A stretch of DNA of 64,000 nt, from assembly GCA_050262775.1 (NCBI GenBank), contig JBLNEO010000116.1, forward strand, positions 6,176-70,175, given 5' to 3'. The notes under the pieces were generated by a model. It saw only the letters and a program-made list of their open reading frames with translations. It was not told the DNA's origin and searched no databases. This DNA comes from Pseudomonadota bacterium (GTDB lineage Bacteria; Actinomycetota; Thermoleophilia; Gaiellales; Gaiellaceae). Below, one piece after another: positions 44,607-52,766 of this stretch; position 1 is the stretch's first letter, and every line of letters begins with the position of its first letter. The position numbers were made by a program, and so were the translations under genes.

Positions 44607-45889
44607 CCGTCGTCGAGCTCCTGCGGGAGCTCATCCGCGCCGACACCGTCAACCCGCCGGGCAACGAGACGCGCGTCGCGGAGATCCTCCGCGCGTACCT
44701 CGAGGAGGCGGGCGTCGAGGTCGAGCTGTACGCGAAGGTGCCCGACCGCGCGAACCTCGTCGCGCGCATCCGCGGCACCGGCGCCGGGCCGTCGCTCGCG
44801 TTCCTCTCCCACACCGACACGGTGCTCGCGGAGCCCTCGGAGTGGCAGCGCGACCCGTGGTCGGGCGCGATCGTCGGCGACGAGATCTGGGGACGCGGGG
44901 CGCTCGACATGAAGGGGCAGGTCGCGGCGAGCGCGGTGGCGCTGGCGACGCTGGCGCGCGAGGGCTTCCGCCCGAACGGCGACCTGCTCTTCGTCGCCGC
45001 GGCGGACGAGGAGGTCGGAGAGGACTTCGGCCTGCAGTGGCTCGTCCGCGAGCACCCCGAGGCGGTCCGCGCCGACCTCGCGATCAACGAGGGCGGAGGC
45101 GACCGCGTCGTCCTCGGCGGCCGGCCGATCTACCTCTGTGCGACGGCCGAGAAGATGAGCGCGCCGTTCAGGCTCCGCGTGCACGGCCGCAGCGGGCACG
45201 CGTCGATGCCGTCGATCGCCGACAACGCGCTCGTGAAGGCGGCGCGGATCGTCGAGACGCTCGCGGCGTATCGACCGCGCATGCGCCACATCCCCGAGAC
45301 GGAGGAGCTGCTCCGCGTCGTCCTCGGCGAGGTGCCGCCGCCCGAGGACGCGGCCGCGCGGGCCGAGGCGGTGCATCCGCTCGCGCGCACGCTGGTCGAG
45401 CCGCTGCTCTCGCTGACGTTCACGCCGACGATGGTCGAGGCCTCGCGGAAGCGGAACGTGATCCCGGCCGTCTGCGAGCTGGTCGTCGACTCGCGCCTCC
45501 AGCCGGGGCGGCCGCCGGCGGAGCAGCTCGAGGAGCTGCGGGCGGCGATCGGCGAGGACGGCTACGAGTACGAGCCGATCGAGGCGATCGGCGGGACGCG
45601 GTCGCCCGTCGGCGGGCCGCTGTGGGACGCGGTCACCGCTTTCGTGGCCGAGGAGGATCCCGGCGCGGTCGTCGCCCCCGTCGGGTGCCCCGGCTTCACC
45701 GACAGCCACTGGATGCGGGACGCGTTCGGCACCGTCGCGTACGGCTTCTTCCCGATGCGGTCGATGGACCCCGAGGTCGCGGCGCTGCTCGTGCACTCGG
45801 CCGACGAGCGCGCGAACGTCGACGACCTCGAGCTCGGCGTGCGGTGGCTGCGCTTCGCGGCGCGCCACGTGGGCGCGCTCAGCGCGTGA
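44603..45889 (+). CDS. M20 family metallopeptidase (ArgE/DapE/CPG2-like)
   Basis: LLRELIRADTVNPPGNE, SHTDTV, GRGALDMKG, ADEE. The start is uncertain: either GTA 44603, overlapping the kynA TAG, or GTG 44558 inside kynA. Confidence 0.8.
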   Translation, partial: VAVVELLRELIRADTVNPPGNETRVAEILRAYLEEAGVEVELYAKVPDRANLVARIRGTGAGPSLAFLSHTDTVLAEPSEWQRDPWSGAIVGDEIWGRGALDMKGQVAASAVALATLAREGFRPNGDLLFVAAADEEVGEDFGLQWLVREHPEAVRADLAINEGGGDRVVLGGRPIYLCATAEKMSAPFRLRVHGRSGHASMPSIADNALVKAARIVETLAAYRPRMRHIPETEELLRVVLGEVPPPEDAAARAEAVHPLARTLVEPLLSLTFTPTMVEASRKRNVIPAVCELVVDSRLQPGRPPAEQLEELRAAIGEDGYEYEPIEAIGGTRSPVGGPLWDAVTAFVAEEDPGAVVAPVGCPGFTDSHWMRDAFGTVAYGFFPMRSMDPEVAALLVHSADERANVDDLELGVRWLRFAARHVGALSA

Positions 45890-46703
45890 GCGGCCAGCGG
45901 GCGAACTCGCGCAGGGGGTTGCGCCACTCGGCGTGGAACGCCGGCCCGACCGGCCCCAGCCCGAAGGCGAGCGTCGCGTTCCCCGCGTGGAACCAGCCGG
46001 TCTCGCCCCACGCGCCGGGGTAGGCGAGCCACGCGGGCGGCGGCGCGAGCGGCACGAGCGCCGGCCGGACCGTCGGCCCCCCGCCGGTGACGTCGACCGG
46101 GACGGTGCGCAGCGCGCGGAAGACGACGCGTGCGGCGTCCGGCCAGCAGCGGAGGTCGTGCCGGTGCGTCCCGCGTGCCGGGTAGTTGGCGTGCGACCCG
46201 CGCGCGACGTAGGCGAGCGGGCGGAGGCCCCGCTTCGGTGCACGGGCCCACGTCCGGCGCGCTCCCGAGCAGTGCTGGCTGTAGCCGACCTGGAGCGGCT
46301 TCCCGCTCCGGTCGAGCACGACCACGACCTCCTCCCAGTCGCCCTCGTGCGTGCGCCAGATCAGCTCGTTCGCCGGCGTCGCGACCGTCCAGAGGTTGAA
46401 CGGGTAGAAGAGCCAGTACGACAGCACGATCCGCGTGCGGGTGACGAGTGCCCGGCCGTAGACGGTCGGTTGGCCGTTGAGACGGGCGTAGCACCAGATC
46501 GCGCCCACCCCCGACGCGGGGTCGCACGGCGTCACGTCCAGGTGCCCGTCGACCTCGACCGCACCGGCGAGGAACGGCTCCACCGGCGATGCGGCGAACG
46601 CCTCCCCGGTGGCGTAGACGAGGACGGGTGCGTGCCGCGCGAGCAGCTGCTGCGGCGAGGGCGCGGCGAGGGCGACCGCGGCGAGCAGGGCGGCGGCGAG
46701 CAC
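45879..46703 (-). CDS. Secreted hypothetical protein, Vps62/DUF946-like
   Basis: Signal-like VLAAALLAAVALAAPS, YWLFYPFN and HEGDWEEVVV...YSQH motifs reminiscent of the DUF946/Vps62 family. GTG 46703 is supported by an upstream TACGCT. Confidence 0.5.
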   Translation of the reverse strand: MLAAALLAAVALAAPSPQQLLARHAPVLVYATGEAFAASPVEPFLAGAVEVDGHLDVTPCDPASGVGAIWCYARLNGQPTVYGRALVTRTRIVLSYWLFYPFNLWTVATPANELIWRTHEGDWEEVVVVLDRSGKPLQVGYSQHCSGARRTWARAPKRGLRPLAYVARGSHANYPARGTHRHDLRCWPDAARVVFRALRTVPVDVTGGGPTVRPALVPLAPPPAWLAYPGAWGETGWFHAGNATLAFGLGPVGPAFHAEWRNPLREFARWPLTR

Positions 46704-46709
46704 GGGAGG

Positions 46710-46716
46710 TAGCGTA
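46710..46716. promoter_or_regulatory. Overlapping divergent -10 elements: TAGCGT for pabB and TACGCT for the secreted protein
   Basis: TAGCGT lies 6 nt before ATG 46722. On the opposite strand, TACGCT lies 7 nt before GTG 46703. Confidence 0.4.
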
Positions 46717-46721
46717 GGCGC

Positions 46722-47780
46722 ATGCTCGAGCTGTTCCAACCGGAGGGCGCGTGGGAGGCGCTCGAGGCGTACCTCGCGGACGAGCTGTGGGGCCGCCCGG
46801 ACCGCGTCGCCGACCTCTACCTCCATCACGGCCTCTCGGCGCTGCTCCGGCGCGACGCCTCCCCGCCGCCGCCCGAGCCCTGCCGCCTTCCGCTCCTCGC
46901 GTGCGGCGTCCGCGAGGTGCGGGTGACGCGAAACGGGACACGCAACGGTCGCTCGCGTGGTCGGCTTCGCGTCGGGCCGTGGGAGTCGACGTGGCGCGAC
47001 GGCGACTACCTCGACGCGGTCGAGGCCGTGCGGGGGGCGATCGCGCGGGGGGACGTGTACCAGGTGAACCTCGTGCGCCACCTCGCCGCGGCGTTCGACG
47101 GCGAGCCGGATGCGCTCGCCGCCGCGCTGGCGCCGCTGCGTCCGCTGCACCCGCGGCCGCTCGTCGGCGACGGCTGGGCGATCGTCTCGGCCTCGCCCGA
47201 GCTCTTCCTCGCGCGTCGCGGTCGTCGCGTCTGGACGTGTCCGATCAAGGGAACACGGCCCGCAGGCGTGCCGGTCGAGGGCGCCAAGGACGCCGCCGAG
47301 CACACGATGATCGTCGACCTCGAGCGCAACGACCTCTCGCGCGTGTGCGTCCCCGGCTCGGTGCGGTGGCCCGAGCTGATGGTCGAGCGGCAGCTCGCGG
47401 GCGTGACGCACCTCGTCTCGACCGTCGAGGGCCGGCTGCGCGAGGGCGTGCCGCTCGCCGAGCTCCTCGACGCGGCGTTCCCCGGCGGCTCCGTCACGGG
47501 CGCGCCGAAGATCGCCGCGATCGACCTGATCGCCGCGCTCGAGCCCGTCGGCCGTGGCGCCGCCATGGGGGCGCTGGGGACGGTGTGGCCGAACGGCGAC
47601 CTCGAGCTCGCGCTCACGATCAGGACGTTCGCGGTCGCGGACGGGCGCCTGCACCTGTGGGTCGGCGGCGGCATCGTCTGGGACTCCGAGCCCGAGGCGG
47701 AGCTCGCCGAGACCCGGACGAAGGCCGCGCCCCTGCTGGCCGCGATCGGCGCGCCGCTGCCGGAGCCGGCACACGCGTGA
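46722..47780 (+). CDS. pabB: Aminodeoxychorismate synthase component I (chorismate-binding enzyme, short form)
   Basis: GD.YQVNL, SPE.F, PIKGTR, DLERNDL, GGSVTGAPK, GGGIV.DS.PE.E..E motifs. Confidence 0.85.
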   Translation: MLELFQPEGAWEALEAYLADELWGRPDRVADLYLHHGLSALLRRDASPPPPEPCRLPLLACGVREVRVTRNGTRNGRSRGRLRVGPWESTWRDGDYLDAVEAVRGAIARGDVYQVNLVRHLAAAFDGEPDALAAALAPLRPLHPRPLVGDGWAIVSASPELFLARRGRRVWTCPIKGTRPAGVPVEGAKDAAEHTMIVDLERNDLSRVCVPGSVRWPELMVERQLAGVTHLVSTVEGRLREGVPLAELLDAAFPGGSVTGAPKIAAIDLIAALEPVGRGAAMGALGTVWPNGDLELALTIRTFAVADGRLHLWVGGGIVWDSEPEAELAETRTKAAPLLAAIGAPLPEPAHA

Positions 47781-48604
47781 CGCTGCTCGCGCTCGCGGTC
47801 ACCGGACGCGGCCTCGTCGACCCCGACGTGCCCGTGCTGCACGCCGACGACGACGCGCTGCTGCGCGGGCGCGCGGCGTTCGAGACCCTCCGCGTCTACG
47901 GCGGCAAGGCGTTCCGCCTCGACGCGCACCTCGACCGCCTCGATGCCTCCTCGGCACGGATCGGGCTCGCGCCGGTGCCGCGCGACGAGCTCGCGCGGCT
48001 GTCGGCGGACGCGCTCGCGGCGGCGGGCGAGCCGGACGCCGTGCTCCGGCTGCTCTGGACCGCCGGCCGCGAGGGCGGCGAGCCCGTCGGCCTCGCGCTC
48101 GTCGCGCCGATCGGCGCGTGGATCGAGGAGGCGCGGCGCGACGGGATCCGCCTCGTGTCCCTGCTCGGCCCGGGGGCCGAGGCGCCCTGGCTCCTCGGCG
48201 GCGTCAAGTCGACGAGCTACGCGGTGAACATGGCGGCGGAGGCCGAGGCGAAGCGTCGCGGCGCCGACGACGCCCTCTTCGTCGACCACGACGGGACGGT
48301 GCTCGAGGGACCGGTCTCGAACGTCTGGTGGCGGGTCGGGACGACCCTGTTCACGCCGTCGCTCGAGCTGGGCGTGCTCGCCGGCGTCACACGTGCCGCG
48401 CTGCTCGAGCTCGCGCCGCAGCTCGGCTACGAGGCCGACGAGGGCGCCTTCCCGCTCGCCGCGATGGCCGCGGCGGACGAGGCGTTCACGTCCTCGTCCG
48501 TGCGCGAGGTGCTGCCGGTGGTCGAGCTCGACGACGCGCCGATCCCGCGGGGAGGCGCGGCCCCCGCCCTGCAGGCGGCGCTGCGCGAGGTCGCCACGGC
48601 GTGA
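47777..48604 (+). CDS. pabC: Aminodeoxychorismate lyase / class IV aminotransferase
   Basis: Fold-type IV PLP pattern (FET.RV..G....L..HL.RL, K.TSY, EG..SNV). GTGA overlap with pabB. Confidence 0.78.
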   Translation: MTLLALAVTGRGLVDPDVPVLHADDDALLRGRAAFETLRVYGGKAFRLDAHLDRLDASSARIGLAPVPRDELARLSADALAAAGEPDAVLRLLWTAGREGGEPVGLALVAPIGAWIEEARRDGIRLVSLLGPGAEAPWLLGGVKSTSYAVNMAAEAEAKRRGADDALFVDHDGTVLEGPVSNVWWRVGTTLFTPSLELGVLAGVTRAALLELAPQLGYEADEGAFPLAAMAAADEAFTSSSVREVLPVVELDDAPIPRGGAAPALQAALREVATA

Positions 48605-49254
48605 GGATCCTCGCGCTCGTCCACCAGCCCGACGCACCGCCGGGGACCTTTGCCGACGTCGCCGCCGCGTCCGGCGCGAGCCTCGTCACGTGGGACGTGC
48701 CGCGCGCCGGCCGGCCGGGCGGGCTCGACGGGTTCGACGGCGCGATCAGCTTCGGCGGCGAGCCGCACCCCGACGAGGAGGCCGACCACCCGTGGATCCT
48801 CACGGAGCTCGACGTCCTGCGCGAGCTCGTGGCCGCCGACGTGCCGACGCTCGGGATCTGCCTGGGCGGCGAGCTGCTCGCGCGCGCGCTCGGCGCGCCG
48901 ATCGGGCCTGCCCCCGAGGAGCTGGGCTTCGTCACCGTGGAGCGGACGGTCGACGACGACCCCGTGCTCGGTGCGCTGCCGCGCCGGTTCGACGCGCTGC
49001 AGTGGCATCGCTACGGCTTCGGCCTCCCCGACGGCGCGGTCGCGGTCGCCCGCAACGACGCCGCGCTCCAGGCGTTCCGCGTCGGGCGCAGCGCGTGGGG
49101 CCTCCAGTTCCACCCCGAGGTCGACCGCGCGATCGTGGAACGGTGGGCGCTCGACGAGCGCCGCCCGGTGCCGCCGGGGGACTACGACGCGTGGACGCGG
49201 CTCGGCGCGCGGATCTGCCGTGGCTTCGTCGAGGTTTGCGGTATGCGACTCTGA
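48601..49254 (+). CDS. Class I glutamine amidotransferase-like protein (GATase1, GuaA-like)
   Basis: LGICLGGELLA (nucleophile Cys) and LQFHPE (His-Glu). GTGA overlap with pabC. Confidence 0.78.
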   Translation: MRILALVHQPDAPPGTFADVAAASGASLVTWDVPRAGRPGGLDGFDGAISFGGEPHPDEEADHPWILTELDVLRELVAADVPTLGICLGGELLARALGAPIGPAPEELGFVTVERTVDDDPVLGALPRRFDALQWHRYGFGLPDGAVAVARNDAALQAFRVGRSAWGLQFHPEVDRAIVERWALDERRPVPPGDYDAWTRLGARICRGFVEVCGMRL

Positions 49255-49274
49255 GTCGATAACCTCGGACGACG

Positions 49275-50066
49275 ATGGCGCGCGACAAGGTCAGGCTCGG
49301 CGGGATGGCGTTGCCGAACGGCGTGCTCGTGCACGGGCCGACCACATGGGGCGCGGCCGTCCGGCTCCCGGACGGGACGGTGAAGGTCGCCTCCGCGCGG
49401 AAGCGCACGTTCGGCGCGAAGGTGACGAGCCCGCTGCTGCGCGGCCCGATCAAGCTCCTCGACGCGTTCGCCGTGCTGCCGCAGGTGAAGCGCGCCCTGC
49501 CCGAGGCGACACTGCCGATCGAGCGGCCGGGGGTCCTGGGGGCGATGGTGGCGAGCACGGTCGCCGTCCGCGCGATCCGCGGGTCGCGCGACCTCGCGCC
49601 GCTCGCGCAGGAGCTCGCGACGGGCCTCGTGTCGGTCGCCCCCGCGGTCGTCGCCCTCCGCGGCGGCGAGCTGGCGGCCTACCACGGGGCGGAGCACGTC
49701 TCGATCGGGACGTACGAGCACGGCGAGCGGCGGCCGAAGGAGCACGAGCGGTGCGGGTCGCACCTCATCGGCCCGCTGCTGGCGACGAGCGCGATCGGCA
49801 ACCTCCTCGCCGCGCGCGCGCCCGCCCACCTGCGCGCGCCGGCGCGCGCCGCGGCCGCCGTGGGCGCGGCTGCCGCGTCCGTCGAGCTCTTCGGCTGGAT
49901 GACGAGGAACCCGCGCAAGCCCCTCGCCCGCGCCCTCGCGCGCCCGGGCCACGAGCTCCAGTCGCGCTTCGCGACGGCGGAGCCGAGCGCGGCGCAGCTC
50001 GAGGTGGCGCAGGCGGCGCTCGACGCGTGCCTCGCCCGGGAGCACGGCGACGGCGACGCAGGCTGA
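49275..50066 (+). CDS. DUF1385 domain-containing membrane protein
   Basis: GGMALPNGVLVHG and YHGAEH..I motifs. Confidence 0.8.
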   Translation: MARDKVRLGGMALPNGVLVHGPTTWGAAVRLPDGTVKVASARKRTFGAKVTSPLLRGPIKLLDAFAVLPQVKRALPEATLPIERPGVLGAMVASTVAVRAIRGSRDLAPLAQELATGLVSVAPAVVALRGGELAAYHGAEHVSIGTYEHGERRPKEHERCGSHLIGPLLATSAIGNLLAARAPAHLRAPARAAAAVGAAAASVELFGWMTRNPRKPLARALARPGHELQSRFATAEPSAAQLEVAQAALDACLAREHGDGDAG

Positions 50067-50115
50067 GACGCGAACCCGGCTCCCGCCGGAGACGTTCTCG
50101 CTCCCCGTCGAGAAG

Positions 50116-51135
50116 ATGCGCGACGGGTACTACTCCGACGCGTACTTCAACCACACGCGCGAGACGCTCCTGGCCGACGGACGCCGGCCGCAGGTGGTGA
50201 TGCAGGTCTTCCAGAAGCGGTCGGCCTGGCTCGGCGGAATCGACGAGGCGATCGCGATCCTCAAGCTCTGCTCCCACGAGTGGGACGCGCTGACCGTGCG
50301 TGCCCTCTACGACGGCGACCGGATCGAGCCGTGGGAGACCGTGATGACGATCGAGGGCGACTACACGCTGTTCGCGCACCTCGAGACGGTCTACCTGGGC
50401 GTGCTCGCGCGGCGGACGCTCGTGACGACGAACGTCGTCGAGGTGCTGCAGGCGGCGAGATCCAAGCCGGTGATCTTCATGCCCGCGCGTCACGACCACT
50501 GGCTCGTCCAGACGGGGGACGGGTACGCGGCGTACCTCGCCGGCCAGGTGTGCGGCGCGCCGATCGGCGTCACGACGGACGAGCAGGCCTCCTGGTGGGG
50601 CGGCAAGGGCGTGGGGACGGTGCCGCACTCGCTGATCGCGTCCTACGACGGCGACACGGTCCTCGCGGCACGGAAGTTCGCCGAGTGGGCGCCGGCGGAC
50701 CTGAACGTGACCGTCCTCGTCGACTTCCGCAACACCTCGGTGGAGACCGCGCTCGAGGTCGCCCGCGCGCTCGGCCCCGCCCTCTGGGGCGTGCGCCTCG
50801 ACACCTCCGAGAGCCTCGTCGACGCGTCGCTGTGGCACGAGCTCGGGGACTTCAGCCCGACGGGCGTGAACGAGCGCCTCGTCTGGAAGGTGCGCGAGGC
50901 GCTCGACGCAGAGGGGTTCGGCCACGTCCGGATCGTCGCGTCCGGCGGATTCACGAAGGAGAAGATCACGGCGTTCGAGGAGGCGGGCGTCCCGGTCGAC
51001 GCGTACGGCGTCGGCTCCTCGCTGATCCGCGGCTCGAACGACTACACGGCCGACATCGTCGTGGCCGACGGCAGGCCCGCCGCGAAGGTCGGACGGCGCT
51101 TCCGGCCGAACGACCGGCTCGAGCTCGTGACGTAG
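50116..51135 (+). CDS. pncB: Nicotinate phosphoribosyltransferase family protein
   Basis: YYSDAYFNHTRE, GTVPHS and RLDTSE motifs. An open frame continues upstream to 50065 without a canonical start. Confidence 0.78.
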   Translation: MRDGYYSDAYFNHTRETLLADGRRPQVVMQVFQKRSAWLGGIDEAIAILKLCSHEWDALTVRALYDGDRIEPWETVMTIEGDYTLFAHLETVYLGVLARRTLVTTNVVEVLQAARSKPVIFMPARHDHWLVQTGDGYAAYLAGQVCGAPIGVTTDEQASWWGGKGVGTVPHSLIASYDGDTVLAARKFAEWAPADLNVTVLVDFRNTSVETALEVARALGPALWGVRLDTSESLVDASLWHELGDFSPTGVNERLVWKVREALDAEGFGHVRIVASGGFTKEKITAFEEAGVPVDAYGVGSSLIRGSNDYTADIVVADGRPAAKVGRRFRPNDRLELVT

Positions 51136-51138
51136 CGG

Positions 51139-52167
51139 CTACGCCGCCGCCGAGAGCCGCAGGTCGGGCCACGTCGTGATCGGGTCGGTCGAGCGCACGA
51201 CGTGCATCCCGGCCTCCGCGAAGCGGGCCACCGCGCGGTTCGCCTCGTCGGTGTAGTCGACGACGCCCGGGATCACGACCGGCGAGGTGCAGTCCTCGAG
51301 CAGGTACACCTTCCGCGCCAGCTCGCGCTCCTCGATGCCGGCCAGCAGGTCGTCGATCGTCCATGCGACGCAGTGGCTCTTGGCCTGTCCGGCCACGATC
51401 ACGGCGTCGAACGAGAGCAGGAACTCGAGCAGCTCGTGGTTCTTCGCCGCGATCGGCTCGCCGTCGGGGCCCTCCGTCACCTCGGGGCCGAGCACGGAGT
51501 AGTGCTCCGTGAACGGGTTCCGGCCCTTCACCTCGAAGTGCGGCTGCGTCCGTCGCGCGAGCGCGTGGAAGAAGATCGCCTCCTCCACCGACGACACGAG
51601 CGCGTGCCCGATGCCGCCGAGCATCGCGTGGTACGGCCAGACGGTGAGCGCGTACTTCCCGCCGGACTCGAGCGCGCGCGTGTAGTGGCGCAGGTGCCGC
51701 CGGCCGTCCTCCTCGTCGACGCCGAGGCTCTCGAGGACGAGCGGGTCGACCCGGTAGCGACCGGCCTCGACGTCGTCCGCCGACACGAGCGTGTACGGCT
51801 CGGGATGGCGGCCCTCCTCGTCGACGAGGTAGACCGCATGGAAGATCTGCATCGCCTGGTGGGTGTCCATCGTCGGCACGATCTGGCTGATCGTGTCGAG
51901 GTTCCGGTAGAGGAACTCGCACAGGCGGCGGTTGTCGTCGACCGCCCCCGTGCCCGATCGGCCGCCGACGAAGAGCTCGAAGCCCGGTGTGCAGAACGTG
52001 TTCTGGACGTCGACGGCCATGAGGCAGAGGCGGAACGTGTCGTGCGCGGCCGGGCGGATCTCGTGGGCCGCCACCCACCGCTCCGCGTCGGCGGCGCGCT
52101 CCTCGTACGGGACCCGCCACACCTCGCCGACGCGTGCCGGGTCGAAATGCGTGGGAACCGGCAGCAC
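51139..52167 (-). CDS. Isochorismatase-family hydrolase, nicotinamidase-like, with a large insertion
   Basis: Asp (AVDVQNTFC), Lys and Cys (AGQAKSHCV) triad contexts; 342 aa versus about 200 for a typical PncA. GTG 52167 is supported by an upstream TAGACT. Confidence 0.72.
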   Translation of the reverse strand: MLPVPTHFDPARVGEVWRVPYEERAADAERWVAAHEIRPAAHDTFRLCLMAVDVQNTFCTPGFELFVGGRSGTGAVDDNRRLCEFLYRNLDTISQIVPTMDTHQAMQIFHAVYLVDEEGRHPEPYTLVSADDVEAGRYRVDPLVLESLGVDEEDGRRHLRHYTRALESGGKYALTVWPYHAMLGGIGHALVSSVEEAIFFHALARRTQPHFEVKGRNPFTEHYSVLGPEVTEGPDGEPIAAKNHELLEFLLSFDAVIVAGQAKSHCVAWTIDDLLAGIEERELARKVYLLEDCTSPVVIPGVVDYTDEANRAVARFAEAGMHVVRSTDPITTWPDLRLSAAA

Positions 52168-52196
52168 GGGATCTAGTCTAGAGCCCGTGTTGCCGG
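52158..52196. promoter_or_regulatory. 39-bp near-perfect palindrome spanning both divergent start codons
   Basis: CCGGCAgCACGGGaTCTAG-T-CTAGAgCCCGTGtTGCCGG, with 17 of 19 arm positions complementary. Contains TAGTCT and TAGACT, each 7 nt from a GTG. Confidence 0.5.
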
Positions 52197-52735
52197 AGCC
52201 GCCGCTCGTCGGCCGCGCGCTCGCGCTGGCGGCAGAGCTCGCGTTCGCGCACTCGTCCTCGCCCGAGGCGGGCCGCCTCCTGCACCTCCTCGCCGGCCAG
52301 CGGGGGCGCGAGCGCGTCGGCGAGATCGGGACGGGGACGGGTGTCGGCACCGCCTGGCTCGCCTCCGCGCTCGCGCCGGGCGTCCCGCTGTACACCGCGG
52401 AGGTGGTGCAGGAGCGGGCGCGCGCAGCCGCAGCGTTGTTCGCCGCCGACGACGCCGTGCACGTGCTCCAGGGTCGATGGCGCGAGGTTCTTCCCGAGCA
52501 CGGGCCGTTCGACCTGCTGTTCTACGACGGCGGCCGCACGCAGCGTCCGGACGAGGAGGGCGAGGAGGTCGTGGCGCTGCTCTCACCGGGCGGCACCGTC
52601 GTGCTCGACGACCTCCACGAGGCGCACGGCAGCGACCCCGTGCGCGGGTTCTGGCTCGGCCATCCACGACTCGTCGGCATGGAGATCGGGCTCGCGCCGG
52701 CGATGCGGGCGATCGTGTGCGTGCGCGTCCTTTAG
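52187..52735 (+). CDS. Class I SAM-dependent (O-)methyltransferase
   Basis: [14 protein letters not shown] motif I and DLLFYDG; about 182 aa. Confidence 0.72.
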   Translation: MLPEPPLVGRALALAAELAFAHSSSPEAGRLLHLLAGQRGRERVGEIGTGTGVGTAWLASALAPGVPLYTAEVVQERARAAAALFAADDAVHVLQGRWREVLPEHGPFDLLFYDGGRTQRPDEEGEEVVALLSPGGTVVLDDLHEAHGSDPVRGFWLGHPRLVGMEIGLAPAMRAIVCVRVL

Positions 52736-52755
52736 CCCGGAGCCGCCGCTGCCGA

Positions 52756-52761
52756 TAGCGT
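52756..52761 (+). promoter_or_regulatory. Candidate -10 (TAGCGT) for a leaderless ftsH-like transcript
   Basis: TANNNT lies 5 nt before ATG 52767. Confidence 0.35.
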
Positions 52762-52766
52762 CCGGG

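Noticed and set aside
46703-46723. Frameshift hypothesis for the secreted DUF946-like protein. ATG 46723 gives MRLRYLP in another frame; after a 1-nt shift this would make an ideal signal-peptide n-region ahead of VLAAALLAAVALAAPS.
   Set aside because: GTG 46703 is preceded by TACGCT at the standard 7-nt leaderless spacing, and no promoter element precedes ATG 46723. That ATG is simply the reverse complement of the pabB start inside the palindrome GCATGC. Kept only as a note in case resequencing shows an indel.
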